Of a stretch of DNA of 64,000 nucleotides, positions 37,328-48,714 are shown one piece after another; position 1 is the stretch's first letter; each line of letters starts with the position of its first letter. Made by a program: the position numbers and the translations under genes. Where the stretch lies: assembly GCA_965603825.1 (NCBI GenBank), contig CBFDEM010000057.1, positions 744,001 through 808,000 on the forward strand, read 5' to 3'. This DNA is from Blepharisma stoltei ATCC 30299 (taxonomy: Eukaryota > Protista > Ciliophora). The notes beneath the pieces were generated by a model. It ran no database searches and was not told the DNA's origin. It worked only from the letters and a program-made list of their open reading frames with translations.

Positions 37328-40300
37328 ATGATATTCTGTTGTCATCAAATGCTATTTCAGTTTTTTCTTTTCACATGTCTTAAGCTTTCAAATCCCTTAG
37401 AACTATTACTTGTCTACTCAAACTCTTCAGCAAATATAATCTCAAGCCTGGTCACTGATATCAAAGCCAATATTTTAAGTCTTCCTTCAATAGAGCTTTC
37501 TACATGCGAAATTTCTTTACTTGAGGGAGAAATTGCAGCCCGTCAAAATTTATTTGCAGTTTTTGATATAAGTAGCAATTTGACATCTCAATTCGATGTT
37601 TCGAAGCTATGTGAAAAAAATTTTCTTATACATTTTCAGGTTTCTGAGAACTTACTTTATTTACATAAATGAACTTTTTCACTGACAAGCTCAAAAAAAA
37701 ACAAATATGATGCCTTTATAACAGTTCTAAAATATTTTAATTGAACTGCTGGTATAGCTTTAAGCAGTGTCGAGAGCTATTCTAATTCACAACTTGCTTT
37801 AAAAAATTACTCAGAAAATATTGAGCTATTTTCTGTAAGCTCAAACACATTTATCACCGACTTTATTCAAAAAGAATTAATGAAATTAGGCTCATCGCTG
37901 TTTTTTGTGCTTACGAACAAAGAAAATTCCATCGAAATTCAAGAAAGTTTAAAATCTTCTAAAATGCTTACTAATGGAACTGGAATTCTGCTTTTCGGAG
38001 AAAGCAGCTATGGATCGAACACTAATGGAGCACTAGCTATTGTTGAAAAAAATAAAGAAGCAGTGGACTCTTATGAAAAATATTTAGTTGCTGCTATTTC
38101 AGAAATGATTTCTTTTATAAGCAGCTCTACAAGCCTAGACAATGCTTTAATTTTATTATCAAAGAAATGTCCAAATCATTACTGCTCAAATGAATTTTCC
38201 ATTATAAATATTCAAGAAAATCAGAGCAAGATTGTTGGATCAATTTTTGATAGAAAAATAGAGCTAAATTCTACTATTATTTTCCCTGGGGACACTTCTG
38301 TTATTCCAGTATCACAGAAGAAAATTTTATATTTCAGTGCAAATGATGGAACGACTAATCCTGGTACTGACCCTTTTCCATTGGTAGACCTCTATAAAAG
38401 AGGCTTAACACTGGCGATAAATGATATAAATTCAGGTATTGATATATTAAAGAATTTTCAATTAAATCTCAACCACTTTGACTGCGGGGCAAATGTTTAT
38501 AATGCTACTTTTTGCTATAATTGCCTAAATAAAGATAAAGATAAACTAGGGTTGGTACATATGGTTAACGCTGGGTCTCCTGTAGCTTATGGATCAATTG
38601 CTACCTTAGCAAAGTTAAATATCACAATTCCTCTTGTCGGAGCTACAAATCTCGACCCAGGTCTCTCAAACTCCACGAAATTTCCATTTTACACAAGATT
38701 AATTTTACCGAGCACAATTATTCTTTCACAATTTCCGTTGCTCCTTAAAGTTATGGGCTGAAATAATATTGGCATTATATATCAAGACGACTCCACAGGA
38801 ATTAATTCATATAACACTATTTGTAAAGCAGCGGAAATACAGAATATAAAAATCGTAAATAAGCTGGTATCAATTCCACCATTATTAACTAGAGAACAAA
38901 TAAAGAATTACACATATGTTTTTCAGGAAATTATTGATACAAATGTAAGATTGATAGTTTTAGTGGTGAATTCTCCTTTAATAGACTATATTGCTGAAAC
39001 TTTTTATGATTTAGGCATGAGAAAAGGCGACATCATTTTTTTCTCTGCTAATCTTGTATGGCTCACTTCAGTCGCAAATAATGATGACTATGCATATAAA
39101 AGGCTAGAAGTCGCTGTTCCATTAATTAATATGTTTCAGTCACTTTTCCTAGGAGAAAAAGGTAAAAAAATTCATGATATTCTGTATACATCATATGGAA
39201 ACATCGAGCCTAACACATATGCTTGTCTATATTATGATGCTGGCTATTTAATAGGCTCAGCCTTAGATTGGACTATAAACAAAGGCAATGATTACACTAA
39301 TCCTTACACCCTTCAAGATGCTATTAGAGATGTAAAATTTATAGGATGTAGTGGAAAAGTGTATATGCAAAAAGGAAGCAATGATGTCCAATTATCAAGC
39401 TTTAGGATACAATCAAATTTCTATAATTCTACAACAAAAAAGTTAATGATTTACCAAAATGGACTACTTACTCCAACAGGCTCAAAAATTTTGTCGATTG
39501 AGACACCTATTGTGTATGCAGATGGAACTACTAATAAGCCCACAGATTTCAGGATCTTAAGAACTAATTGCGCATTCGATGATAAACTGAAGCAAACTTT
39601 TGATAAAGGCCGAGCTTTGGCTTTTGGGATTTGCTTTTTTGACGCAGCTGTTACAATAATTATAACATTTTTTATTTGGAAAAATTGGTGAAACACAGAA
39701 ATAGAAGATCTTATAAAAAAGGAAGAATTTTCTATTTCTGATTTTATGGTTGGGGCTACTATTCTGGTAGAATTTTTCCAGTACCTTTCTCAGGGCCCTA
39801 ATATTCGACCTTTAAACAGTGTTCTTGCTAATATAGGTGATGCTGTTTCATTGGATTTGAAAAGCTTTATAAAACTTGAAAATGGAGTTTTTTGGTGAGT
39901 CGCTGGTATAATTATTGCCTTATGCTTCTTATGGTGTATTTTTTGTATTGTACTTTTTTGGCGATTAGATGAAAAATTTAGTCATATTTGGATTTTTAGG
40001 ACTCTAGGACTTTTGGCTGACTATTCTATGCCAATTCTAGGGAATTTGTGCTTTATTCCATTTATATCAATACTTTTAGAAATATTTGTATGTGACCATT
40101 CAATTGGAAACAAATTCACAGACAGTTATCTCTCTGCTGACTGCTATCAATTTTGCTGGCAAGGGAATCATATAACTTTTGCAGTCCTGTCTGCGTTTTC
40201 TCTTATTTGCTACGAACCTTTTGCAGTATTTTGCAGGCCCCTTTGGCAAGAATTTCAGCATTCGCTGCACGTGAAATCCCTTCCTCTTTATTTGATGGTA

Positions 40301-40735
40301 AAAACAGTGATACAAGTGATTATAATAGTTCTTAACAAAACACTTAAGAAGTCCAGCCATGTTGTCCATGGGTTTGTATTTTCATTTATTTTATTATTAT
40401 ATGAAGTATTTTTGATGAGATTTAAAGCTTATAACTATGGAAGGTTTAACTGATGGCACCAACTCAGCATCATTGCAGTAACTTGGGTATCTTTTCTATC
40501 AACAATTAATTTCCTTATTAGTGAGTCTGATTTTCCGTGGGTTGTACTTATTTTTTCTGGATGGGGAATTATAATTTTAATAGGCTTTGCTGTCCAAAAG
40601 AAGAAGTATCCGAATTTACTGTACCGAAAAGAAAAAGATACTTCAACTCTATTTAAATTTGCGTTTACTTTTGGCAAAAAGTCTCGATCTCACCTTTCAA
40701 AAATCAAGCCTCAAGAGTTAGATTTTATTAAATAA
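37328..40735 (+). CDS. Receptor-like protein: signal peptide, ANF-receptor/periplasmic-binding type 1 ectodomain and multipass TM region (1135 aa)
   Basis: One frame through several TGAs to TAA at 40733. LAINDIN...L.N..LN....DC, LSN..KFPFYTR, W(TGA)NNIGIIY, YDA.Y, F.G.SG.V, followed by many hydrophobic helices. Confidence 0.85.
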
Positions 40736-40909
40736 AATAGATTTATAATTTAACTAGCAAGAAATGCTCTAATTAAAGCGTAAAAGAATTGAATAGCAGA
40801 TAATAAATTAAGGAGAAAAATCTTAAATTTCTGTAAATAAGTGAATCAATATTCGACCTTAGAATAAATTTTATCGAAAGTATGCTTTCTATTAAAGGTG
40901 AAAATTAGA

Positions 40910-41035
40910 AAACTAAGCAGAGATCAAGAAGAATTTGAATTATGTCAAAGGACTCAAGTTCAATACAGATGATCCTGAATTAAAGGACTTATGCTAAAGT
41001 GCAGAAGGTAGTGCTACTTATAAAATAAAATTTAT
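40910..41035 (+). pseudogene. Isolated decayed copy of the 3' end of the 41764 TPR gene
   Basis: gcagagatcaagaagaatttgaat...aaggactcaa.ttcaat...ctgaattaa.gga...tgctaaa...aaggtagtg matches 43561-43680, including the TAG stop. Confidence 0.7.
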
Positions 41036-41763
41036 TTTAATAATTTGAATAAAAATATAATGAAAACTAAAAATTAATATCTCTATTTTTAATAATTGAT
41101 ATCATTGTGGCAATGCAGCGCATTTGAACTCAACTTCTTTATATTAATGAAAGGATTGGAATTTTGGTAATGCTAACACAGCCATGATTGGATAGCATAT
41201 ATGAAAAGCTGAGTAGGCATATCTTAGACTATGCTTTGACCTATAATTGTGGCTTCTCAGCTAATTTCTAGCATTAAGCTATTTATTCTTAATCAACAAT
41301 CAAGTGTATAATGAGCTGAGACAACTCCATCAAGTCTTCCTTAGTGAATATATCGACAAGTTAGCTACATTTATACTTAAAACTCTTAATATAAGAAAAA
41401 AAATTCTCTTAAAATCGTTTTAGTATTTTTGAATATTAATTTAGGCTACTTAAAAAATTTAGATATTTTTTTAATTTTTTTTAAATATTAACCAGCTTAA
41501 TTTTTGTTATCTAATTTTGATTTGTTTATATTTTCGCAAATTTGTTTTAATCTAACCAACTATTTGATAAAAACTTGGAAATACTCTTATACATGCCTGA
41601 TCGTATGACCTTCGTAGATATTCAAATATAGACAAAATGAAAAAATGGTTTTCAATGTCTATTTTACTATTAAAATTCAGTTAATAGAAAATGAGGGAAA
41701 ATATAGCATTATCTATAACGAAACATCAGATTCATGAAAATTAATAATTATAGCTAATAAACT

Positions 41764-43659
41764 ATGGGTCTAAAGCAATCCAGAGATCATATAAGTTTAT
41801 TTAATGAAGGCAATCATTTTTATAATTTAGGCAGAAATCTCGAAACAATAGACTGTTACAATGAAGCAATCAAGCTCAAACCTGATGCAGACATTTATTT
41901 TAATAAAGGAAATGCTCTCAAAAATTTAGGCAGATATCTTGACGCAATCAAATGCTATGACGAAGCAATTAAGAATCAGCCAGATTACTCTCACGCTTAT
42001 AACAACAAAGGAAATGCTCTAAAAAAACTAGGAAGAGATCTTGAAGCAATAGAATGCTACACTGAAGCAATTAAACACAAACCTGCCGATACCTCTGCTT
42101 ACTTTAATAAAGGAAATTCTTTTACAAAATTATACAGAAATCATGAAGCAATAGAATGCTATAACGAAGCAATTAAATTAAAACCAGATTATGCTCATGC
42201 TTACAATTTTAAAGGAAATGCTCTTAAAAATTTAGGTAGAAATTTTGAAGCAATTGAATGCTATAATGAAGCAATTAAAATCAAGCCTGGCTATGCTGAT
42301 GCCTTTGAGAATAAAGGTAATGCTCTGGAAAATTTAGGCAAATATCTTGAAGCAATAAAATGCTATAACGAAGTAATCAGACTCGAGCCTAATTATGCAG
42401 GTGCTTACTTAAATAAAGGATATGCTCTTGATAATTTAGGTAGATACCTTGAAGCAATAGAATGCTATAATAAAGTAATAGAGCTCAAGCCTGATTATAC
42501 GGATGCTTATTATAATAAAGCCGCTGCTCTTGGCGATTTAGGCAGAAATCTTGAAGCAATAGAATGCTATGACGAAGTAATCAAGCTTGAGCCACATTTT
42601 GCTGAAGCTTATCATAACCAAGGCCGTGCTTTTAAGAATTTAGGGAAAAATCTTGAAGCAGAAGAATGCTTTAACAAAGCTATAGAGCTTAAACCTGATT
42701 ATCCTGATGCTTACTTTAACAAAGGACACGCTCTTGGGAATCTAGGCAAATATAATGAAGCACTCGACTGTTATAATGAAGCAATCAAGCTCAAACCTGA
42801 TTATGCTGACGCTTATCATAATAAAGGGTTTACCCTTAACGACTTAGGCAGATATCTTGAAGCAATAGACTGCTATAATGAAGCAATCAAGCTTAAACCT
42901 AATTTTGCAGAAGCTTATTATAATAAAGGTGTCTCTCTTAGAAATTTAGACATAAATCTCGAAGCAATAGACTGCTATAACAAAGCAATTGCGCTCAGAC
43001 CTGATTATGCAATAGCTTTTACAAATAAAGGTGCAGCGCTTAATGAGTTAGGTAGAAATCTTGAAGCAATAGAATGCTATGAGGAAGTAACAAAGCTAAA
43101 ACCCGATGACGCTTCTGGTTACTTTAATAAAGGATATGCTCTTGATGATTTAGGTAGGTATCTTGAAGCAATAGAATGCTATAATAAAGCAATTGAGCTT
43201 AATCCTGATTATACAGATGCCTATCATAATAAAGGTTTTGCTCTTGAGAATTTAGGAAGAAATGTCGAGGCAATAGAATGCTATATCGAAGTAATTGAAT
43301 TAGAACCTAATGATGCTGATGCTTACTTTAATAAAGGAAATTCTCTTTATAATTTAGGCAAGTATCTTGAAGCTGTTGAATGCTATAATGAAGCAATCAA
43401 GGTTAATCCTTATTTTGCTAAAGCTTACTATCATAAAGCTGCTACTTTATTAGTTTTAGAAAAATATGAAGAAGCAATAGAAAACTATGGCAAATTAATT
43501 AGAATCAACCCTGACTGTGCTGAAGCTTATTTTAACAAAGGCGCTATTCTTAATAAATTAGGCAGAGATCAAGAAGAATTTGAATGCTATATAGAAGGAC
43601 TCAAATTCAATCCTGATAATTCTGAATTAAGGGAGCTTGTGCTAAATCACAAAAGGTAG
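41764..43659 (+). CDS. Intact TPR solenoid protein (about 18 repeats) with MGxxxS N-myristoylation-like start (631 aa)
   Basis: 34-aa repeats A.AY.NKG.AL..LGRY.EAIECY..AI.L.P; MGLKQS start; ends at TAG. Confidence 0.92.
   Translation: MGLKQSRDHISLFNEGNHFYNLGRNLETIDCYNEAIKLKPDADIYFNKGNALKNLGRYLDAIKCYDEAIKNQPDYSHAYNNKGNALKKLGRDLEAIECYTEAIKHKPADTSAYFNKGNSFTKLYRNHEAIECYNEAIKLKPDYAHAYNFKGNALKNLGRNFEAIECYNEAIKIKPGYADAFENKGNALENLGKYLEAIKCYNEVIRLEPNYAGAYLNKGYALDNLGRYLEAIECYNKVIELKPDYTDAYYNKAAALGDLGRNLEAIECYDEVIKLEPHFAEAYHNQGRAFKNLGKNLEAEECFNKAIELKPDYPDAYFNKGHALGNLGKYNEALDCYNEAIKLKPDYADAYHNKGFTLNDLGRYLEAIDCYNEAIKLKPNFAEAYYNKGVSLRNLDINLEAIDCYNKAIALRPDYAIAFTNKGAALNELGRNLEAIECYEEVTKLKPDDASGYFNKGYALDDLGRYLEAIECYNKAIELNPDYTDAYHNKGFALENLGRNVEAIECYIEVIELEPNDADAYFNKGNSLYNLGKYLEAVECYNEAIKVNPYFAKAYYHKAATLLVLEKYEEAIENYGKLIRINPDCAEAYFNKGAILNKLGRDQEEFECYIEGLKFNPDNSELRELVLNHKR
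41800..43620 (+). repeat. 102-bp tandem DNA repeat encoding the TPR units
   Basis: gaagcaatagaatgcta-like core recurs at about 102-nt spacing (e.g. near 42043, 42145, 42247, 42451, 42553). Confidence 0.85.
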
Positions 43660-43842
43660 TGTTGCGTAATTAATAAAATTTATTCAATAACTCGAATAAT
43701 GAAATAAAGCCTAATAAATTCTGTTAATGACAAATTTTCATTTCATAAACTATGAAGTTAATATATTACTTTATATGAAAATTATCTAATTTATTATGAA
43801 AATACATATGCAATAAAAATTTTCAATAAATTATATGATATA

Positions 43843-45669
43843 ATGAAAAAAGGTGCTAAGAATCAAAAGCCTGTAAATTACTACAACTATTTTCTAGATC
43901 TAGGTGATAGCTGCTATGCAGAAAACAAGCTCGAAGAAGCCATAACAGACTATAGATCTGCGATTAACCTTCTTAAAACTTCAGATAAAAAAGACGAAGT
44001 CAAACTTAAATCTGACCTAGCTATTGCTTACAATAAAAAAGCATTTGCCTGGTATATACTAGGGGGAAATGACCACAAAGCAGCAAGGGAATTAAAAAAA
44101 GCAGTTTCTCTCAAACCTGATTATGCTGAAGCCTTTAAAAACTTGGGCATCGTTTTACAAAATTTTTGTGATAATGATAAAGCAACAGAAGCATATGACA
44201 AAGCAATCGAACTTAATCCAAATGACACAGCTCCTCATATCGCCAAGGGCATATCATTTAATGCATGTCATGAACTTTCTAAAGCAATAGAAAGCTTTAA
44301 CGAGGCAATTAAAATTGATCCTAATGATCCAAATGGTTACATTTATAAAGCATATGCTCTTGAATCTTTAAATAAACTTTCTGAGGCCGAAGACTGCATT
44401 AATCTAGCAATCAGTTTAAATCCAAATTATGAGGATTCTTACTTTTATAAAGCATTATTTCTTTCTCTGGCAGGTAGAAATCTCGAAGCAGCAGAATGCA
44501 TCAATGAAACATTTAGGTGTGAAATTAATGATCCAATTTTTTATATAAAGCGTGGCCAACTGCTCAGTGATCTAAAATTAGAAGCAGAAGCTCTAAAAGA
44601 TTTTAAGAGTGCTTTAAATCTATTCCAAGAAATACTGTCAAAAGAAAATAGTCATAGAATAATTAATAAGCCTCATTGGGGAGCGCTGTGGTATTTAACA
44701 ATTAATCAGCTTCATCTTGAGTTCCTTGAGGAAATTATTGGAATGCAGGAGTGCTTTACTGAATTAAAGAAGGAGCTTGAAAGACGTAAGACTGATGAGC
44801 AAAGCTTAGATGAAAAAATTGTTGAGAAATATCAAGCAATTAAAAAGCAACAGCCTGAAATCCTTAAATTTGCAATTGAAAAACTAAGGGATTCTCTTTA
44901 TACTCCATTTTGCACTTCTCATATAGAAGATAAATTATTTTCATTAAAAGAAGATATCATTGATTTCTGGCTGCCTCAGTCAAGGAAAGAGGTTAGACTT
45001 GAATTAGAGCTTAAGATAAAAGCTGACATAGAAGGGAGTCGAAGGCTTAAAAAATATTGTGATGCTCTATTTGAAAGACTCAATGTTGCTGTTAATGAAG
45101 CAGAAAATAGATCTTATCAACGCTTGGAAAATCAACCAGCCGTTTGACAAACCATAGATCTATTTTTTGAAGATAGAGTTCTAGATAATATAAAAGTCCC
45201 ATTTGGTGCTAGAGGAGGAGGACTTTATCATGTTCTTGGCAATAAACAATATTTCCTTGGTAATTTGAGCCCATGTGCTGAATTGCGGCCATATGTTATT
45301 AGAAAAACAGCAGAGACACTCACCATAGCGAATAGAGAAAAAATAAAGGCAGCAAAGCATAATCCTGAAGTGCAGTTTTGAATTGAAAATGGACTTATTG
45401 CTAAATACAATGATTACTTTATGCTAAATCTTGACGATGATCTCTATAAAAAGAAATATCAAATTTTGGGCTGCCTTGACGCTTTGTTGATTATTATTGC
45501 AGCTTGGGGTAGCTTTTTTACATATAAACTAACTTCAGAAGAAAGGATTAATCTGCTAGTATCAGCGAATTCTTCGTTTAAATTCACTGAAGGAAAATTC
45601 ATAATTACAGATCCCAAACTTCAATGTCCACCAAAAAATAAAAAAGAGGCATGCTGCAATATTTTTTAG
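43843..45669 (+). CDS. TPR protein with unassigned C-terminal domain and CaaX-like end (CCNIF; 608 aa)
   Basis: The track ORF continues through TGA at 45145 and 45379 into the 45421 ORF; ends at TAG. Confidence 0.85.
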
Positions 45670-46062
45670 GCTTAAAATTAATTTAAATATATTTATATTA
45701 AATTCTCTTTAAAGTGCTTCTAACACCGCAAATCCTATATTGCAATGAGGTTTCTTAATTTCTATAAGGCATAGGCTTTATATTGTCCGATTATTTCTTA
45801 TAATGCTTAATATAAAGTGAAATATAAAACCAAGATAAATAGATATTAAGCTGGGCTTTAGATCTGGGTGCAATTGTGTCTCTGGATATTCACGAAATTG
45901 TACTTCTCCCGAAATTAAACATTAGAGAAGCATTGCATATTAACTGTAAGCATCCATAGTTTCAAATTATAGCAAAGTGCTCGAATTGGAGCCTAATGAG
46001 CCCATATTTTTAAAAATTATACTAGAATGCTAAATACTCTTAAATAAGGATTAAAGCTCTAA
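45257..46062 (+). repeat. Segmental duplication, copy A (copy B at 47914-48714)
   Basis: Colinear, highly similar sequence from ttggtaatttg through the stop codon and about 400 bp of 3' flank ending aaggattaaagctcta. Confidence 0.9.
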
Positions 46063-46494
46063 AGGACAATTAATGAAGCAAATCCTTTAATGCAAGAAAA
46101 AGAAGCTAATGAAATCATCAAGATCTATGAAAAGAGAAAAAAGAAGGGGAATATGTAGAAAGCTAAGAAGAGGATAATAGCTGCCTATATTTATGATATT
46201 TTAGATCAAAATCACAAAAAATTACTTTCATAAAGGCTGCACGTACCTCAGCTTTTCAAAAAGGATTAGAATATCCCAAAAATTACTCAGATTTTCTTAA
46301 AAAACTAAAAGAGCAAGTCGAAATAGTAAGCAACAGCACGCTCAATTTTTTTATTGGCTCGCATTAATCTTAGCTTAAAAATTTGAACTCAATTCAAGGA
46401 ATGTATTAAAATTTCCTAAAAAATACCTTAAAAACATAGCAAAAAATCACTTTTCTTCCATTCAATAATTAAACTCAATTTATAAATAATTAAA

Positions 46495-47325
46495 ATGAAT
46501 CGTGATCGATTTTCCGAAAGGTGTATAAGGCTTTCATTAATGCAGAATTTTAGAGACAAAAAGCTTCCTTTCTTTAATGACCGGTTAGATTGAGCTTATG
46601 AAGAAATGATTGAGAGAATTAGAAGAAAAGATGCAGCAATAAGTACGGCATGGATTCTTGGGCTCGGAAGCTGGTATTGATATTATGTTAAGCCTCATTT
46701 CAACGGAGTTAAATATCTTGGATATACTTTAGTTTTCTTAGTGTGGGCTTCTGTAGATATGCTTATTAGCACACTTGTTAAAAATTATTATACCGATATT
46801 AACTTAGAAAATAAAATACTTAGAAGATACCTACCCCAAGTCATCGAAAATAACCCGAAGCTTGAATGTCTTTTTTCCAGCCCAGATCCTCAAGGTGAAT
46901 CTCAAACGAGCACTGAAGAATATGAAATCAATCAGATTTTTAATGGGTGGGTATATAATGTCTATCAAAAATGAAACATAAATGAAAACAGTAACCAAAT
47001 TGGAAATTTATATGAGGAAAGTCCTGCAGATCAAGACCGTAAAAAATTTTCATTTCACCCGGAGATAAAGGAGGCTAAAACTTTGAAAGCAGGTTATTCA
47101 GAGACTCATGAAGATCAATGAACTTCAAAAAGCAGCTGCCATGAGGAAAAATTATGAACAAAATATTTCGATGGCCCATTTAACTCAAAATGCAATTTAT
47201 CCGGTAGCAAAATAGCTTCAAAATACATAAATGATTTAAATAATCACTATATATGATCATTCAGCCAAGATAATATTAGTGCTGCCTATTATCCTGGAGT
47301 TTCCATCTTACAAGATCGGATTTAA
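46495..47325 (+). CDS. Hypothetical protein with two predicted TM helices (276 aa), largely hidden by six TGA codons
   Basis: Open from ATG at 46495 to TAA at 47323 when TGA=W; hydrophobic AAISTAWILGLGSWYWYY and YLGYTLVFLVWASV. Confidence 0.75.
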
Positions 47326-47822
47326 ATAATAATAATAATAAGATTATTATGCAAAATAAAATAAATTTTTCAATTGCTACGATTCCTCAAATTGCACCCA
47401 AAGAATCAATTCATAAACAATTTCTAACGTTGATATTAATTTACGGTTATCAATAGCTTAATTGGATCAATAATTTTTATAAAATTTCGTTACTGTTATT
47501 TTTCTTCCTTTTCAACTTTGTTTTCTTCCCCATCCATTTCTTACACTATCTCCATTTTCATTTTTGTTTTGCAGGACTATGGGATCTTAGTGGCGCTTAA
47601 AGGTGTTTTTTGGAATATGAGGTAAAACATATAAATAATAGTTATCTTAAAGTACTCAAGAGAGAGAAATATCAATAGCCACTATAATGCTGTGATTAGC
47701 TAATCAAAATAAAGCATTATTAGAAATCATTCAATTAACTTAAAATTTAAGAGAAATCTATTTTTCTAATTATCATGCTTCCTAATAAATTCTGTTGATG
47801 ACAAATTTTCATTTCATAACCT

Positions 47823-48326
47823 ATGAAATTAATATATAATACACTCGGTATTTCTCCGAAAATTTGCAAAGAAATTTTTGAAAAAAAATTTTGTCTCTTA
47901 CCGAAGAGGGGAGTTGGTAATTTGGGCCCACTTCCTGAAATGCGGAAATATGTTATTAGAAAGACAGCAGAGACACTCACCATAGCGAATAGAGAAAAAA
48001 TAAAGGCTGCAAAACATAATCCTGAGGTGCAGTTTTGAATTGAAAATGGACTTATTGCGAGGTACAATGATTATTTTATGCTAAATCTTGACGAAGATCT
48101 TAATAGAAAGAAATATCAGATTTTGGGCAGCCTTGACGCTTTGTTGATTATTATTTTTGTATTGGGTAGCTTTTTTACAAATAAAGTAGCTTTAGAAGAA
48201 AGGATTAATCTTTTAGTATCAGTGAATTCTTCGTATAAATTCTCTGAAGGAAAAATCATAATTACAGATCCCAAACTCATACACCAACCAAAAATTAAAA
48301 AAAAGGTATGCTGCAATACATTTTAG
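47823..48326 (+). CDS. TPR-less derivative of the 43843 gene (167 aa, CCNTF end); possibly a pseudogene
   Basis: ORFs 47823 and 48078 join through TGA; near-identical to the 43843 C-terminal domain. Confidence 0.6.
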
Positions 48327-48714
48327 GATTAAAATTAATATAAATATTATTAATATTATGGTTTCTCTTTATATTACTTCTAAGACCGAAAACCCTATTA
48401 TTGCTACGACTCTTCTTAATTTCTAAAAGGCATAGGGATTTGTATAGTCTGATTATTTCTTATAATGCTTAATATAAAATCACAGGTGAATTGGTATTAA
48501 GCTGCGCTTTAGGCCTGAATGCAATCTGACTTCTGGATATTCATGCAATTGACTTTTTCCGAAACTTAAACACTTAGAGAACCATTGAATATTAACTGCA
48601 AGTAACTATAGTTTCAAATTATAGATAGGTGCTCGAACTGAAACCAAGTGAGCCAATAATTTTAAAAAATTATACTAGACTGCTAAATACTCTTGAATAA
48701 GGATTAAAGCTCTA
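47914..48714 (+). repeat. Segmental duplication, copy B
   Basis: Matches 45257-46062; in addition, 47782-47840 matches 43711-43770. Confidence 0.9.
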
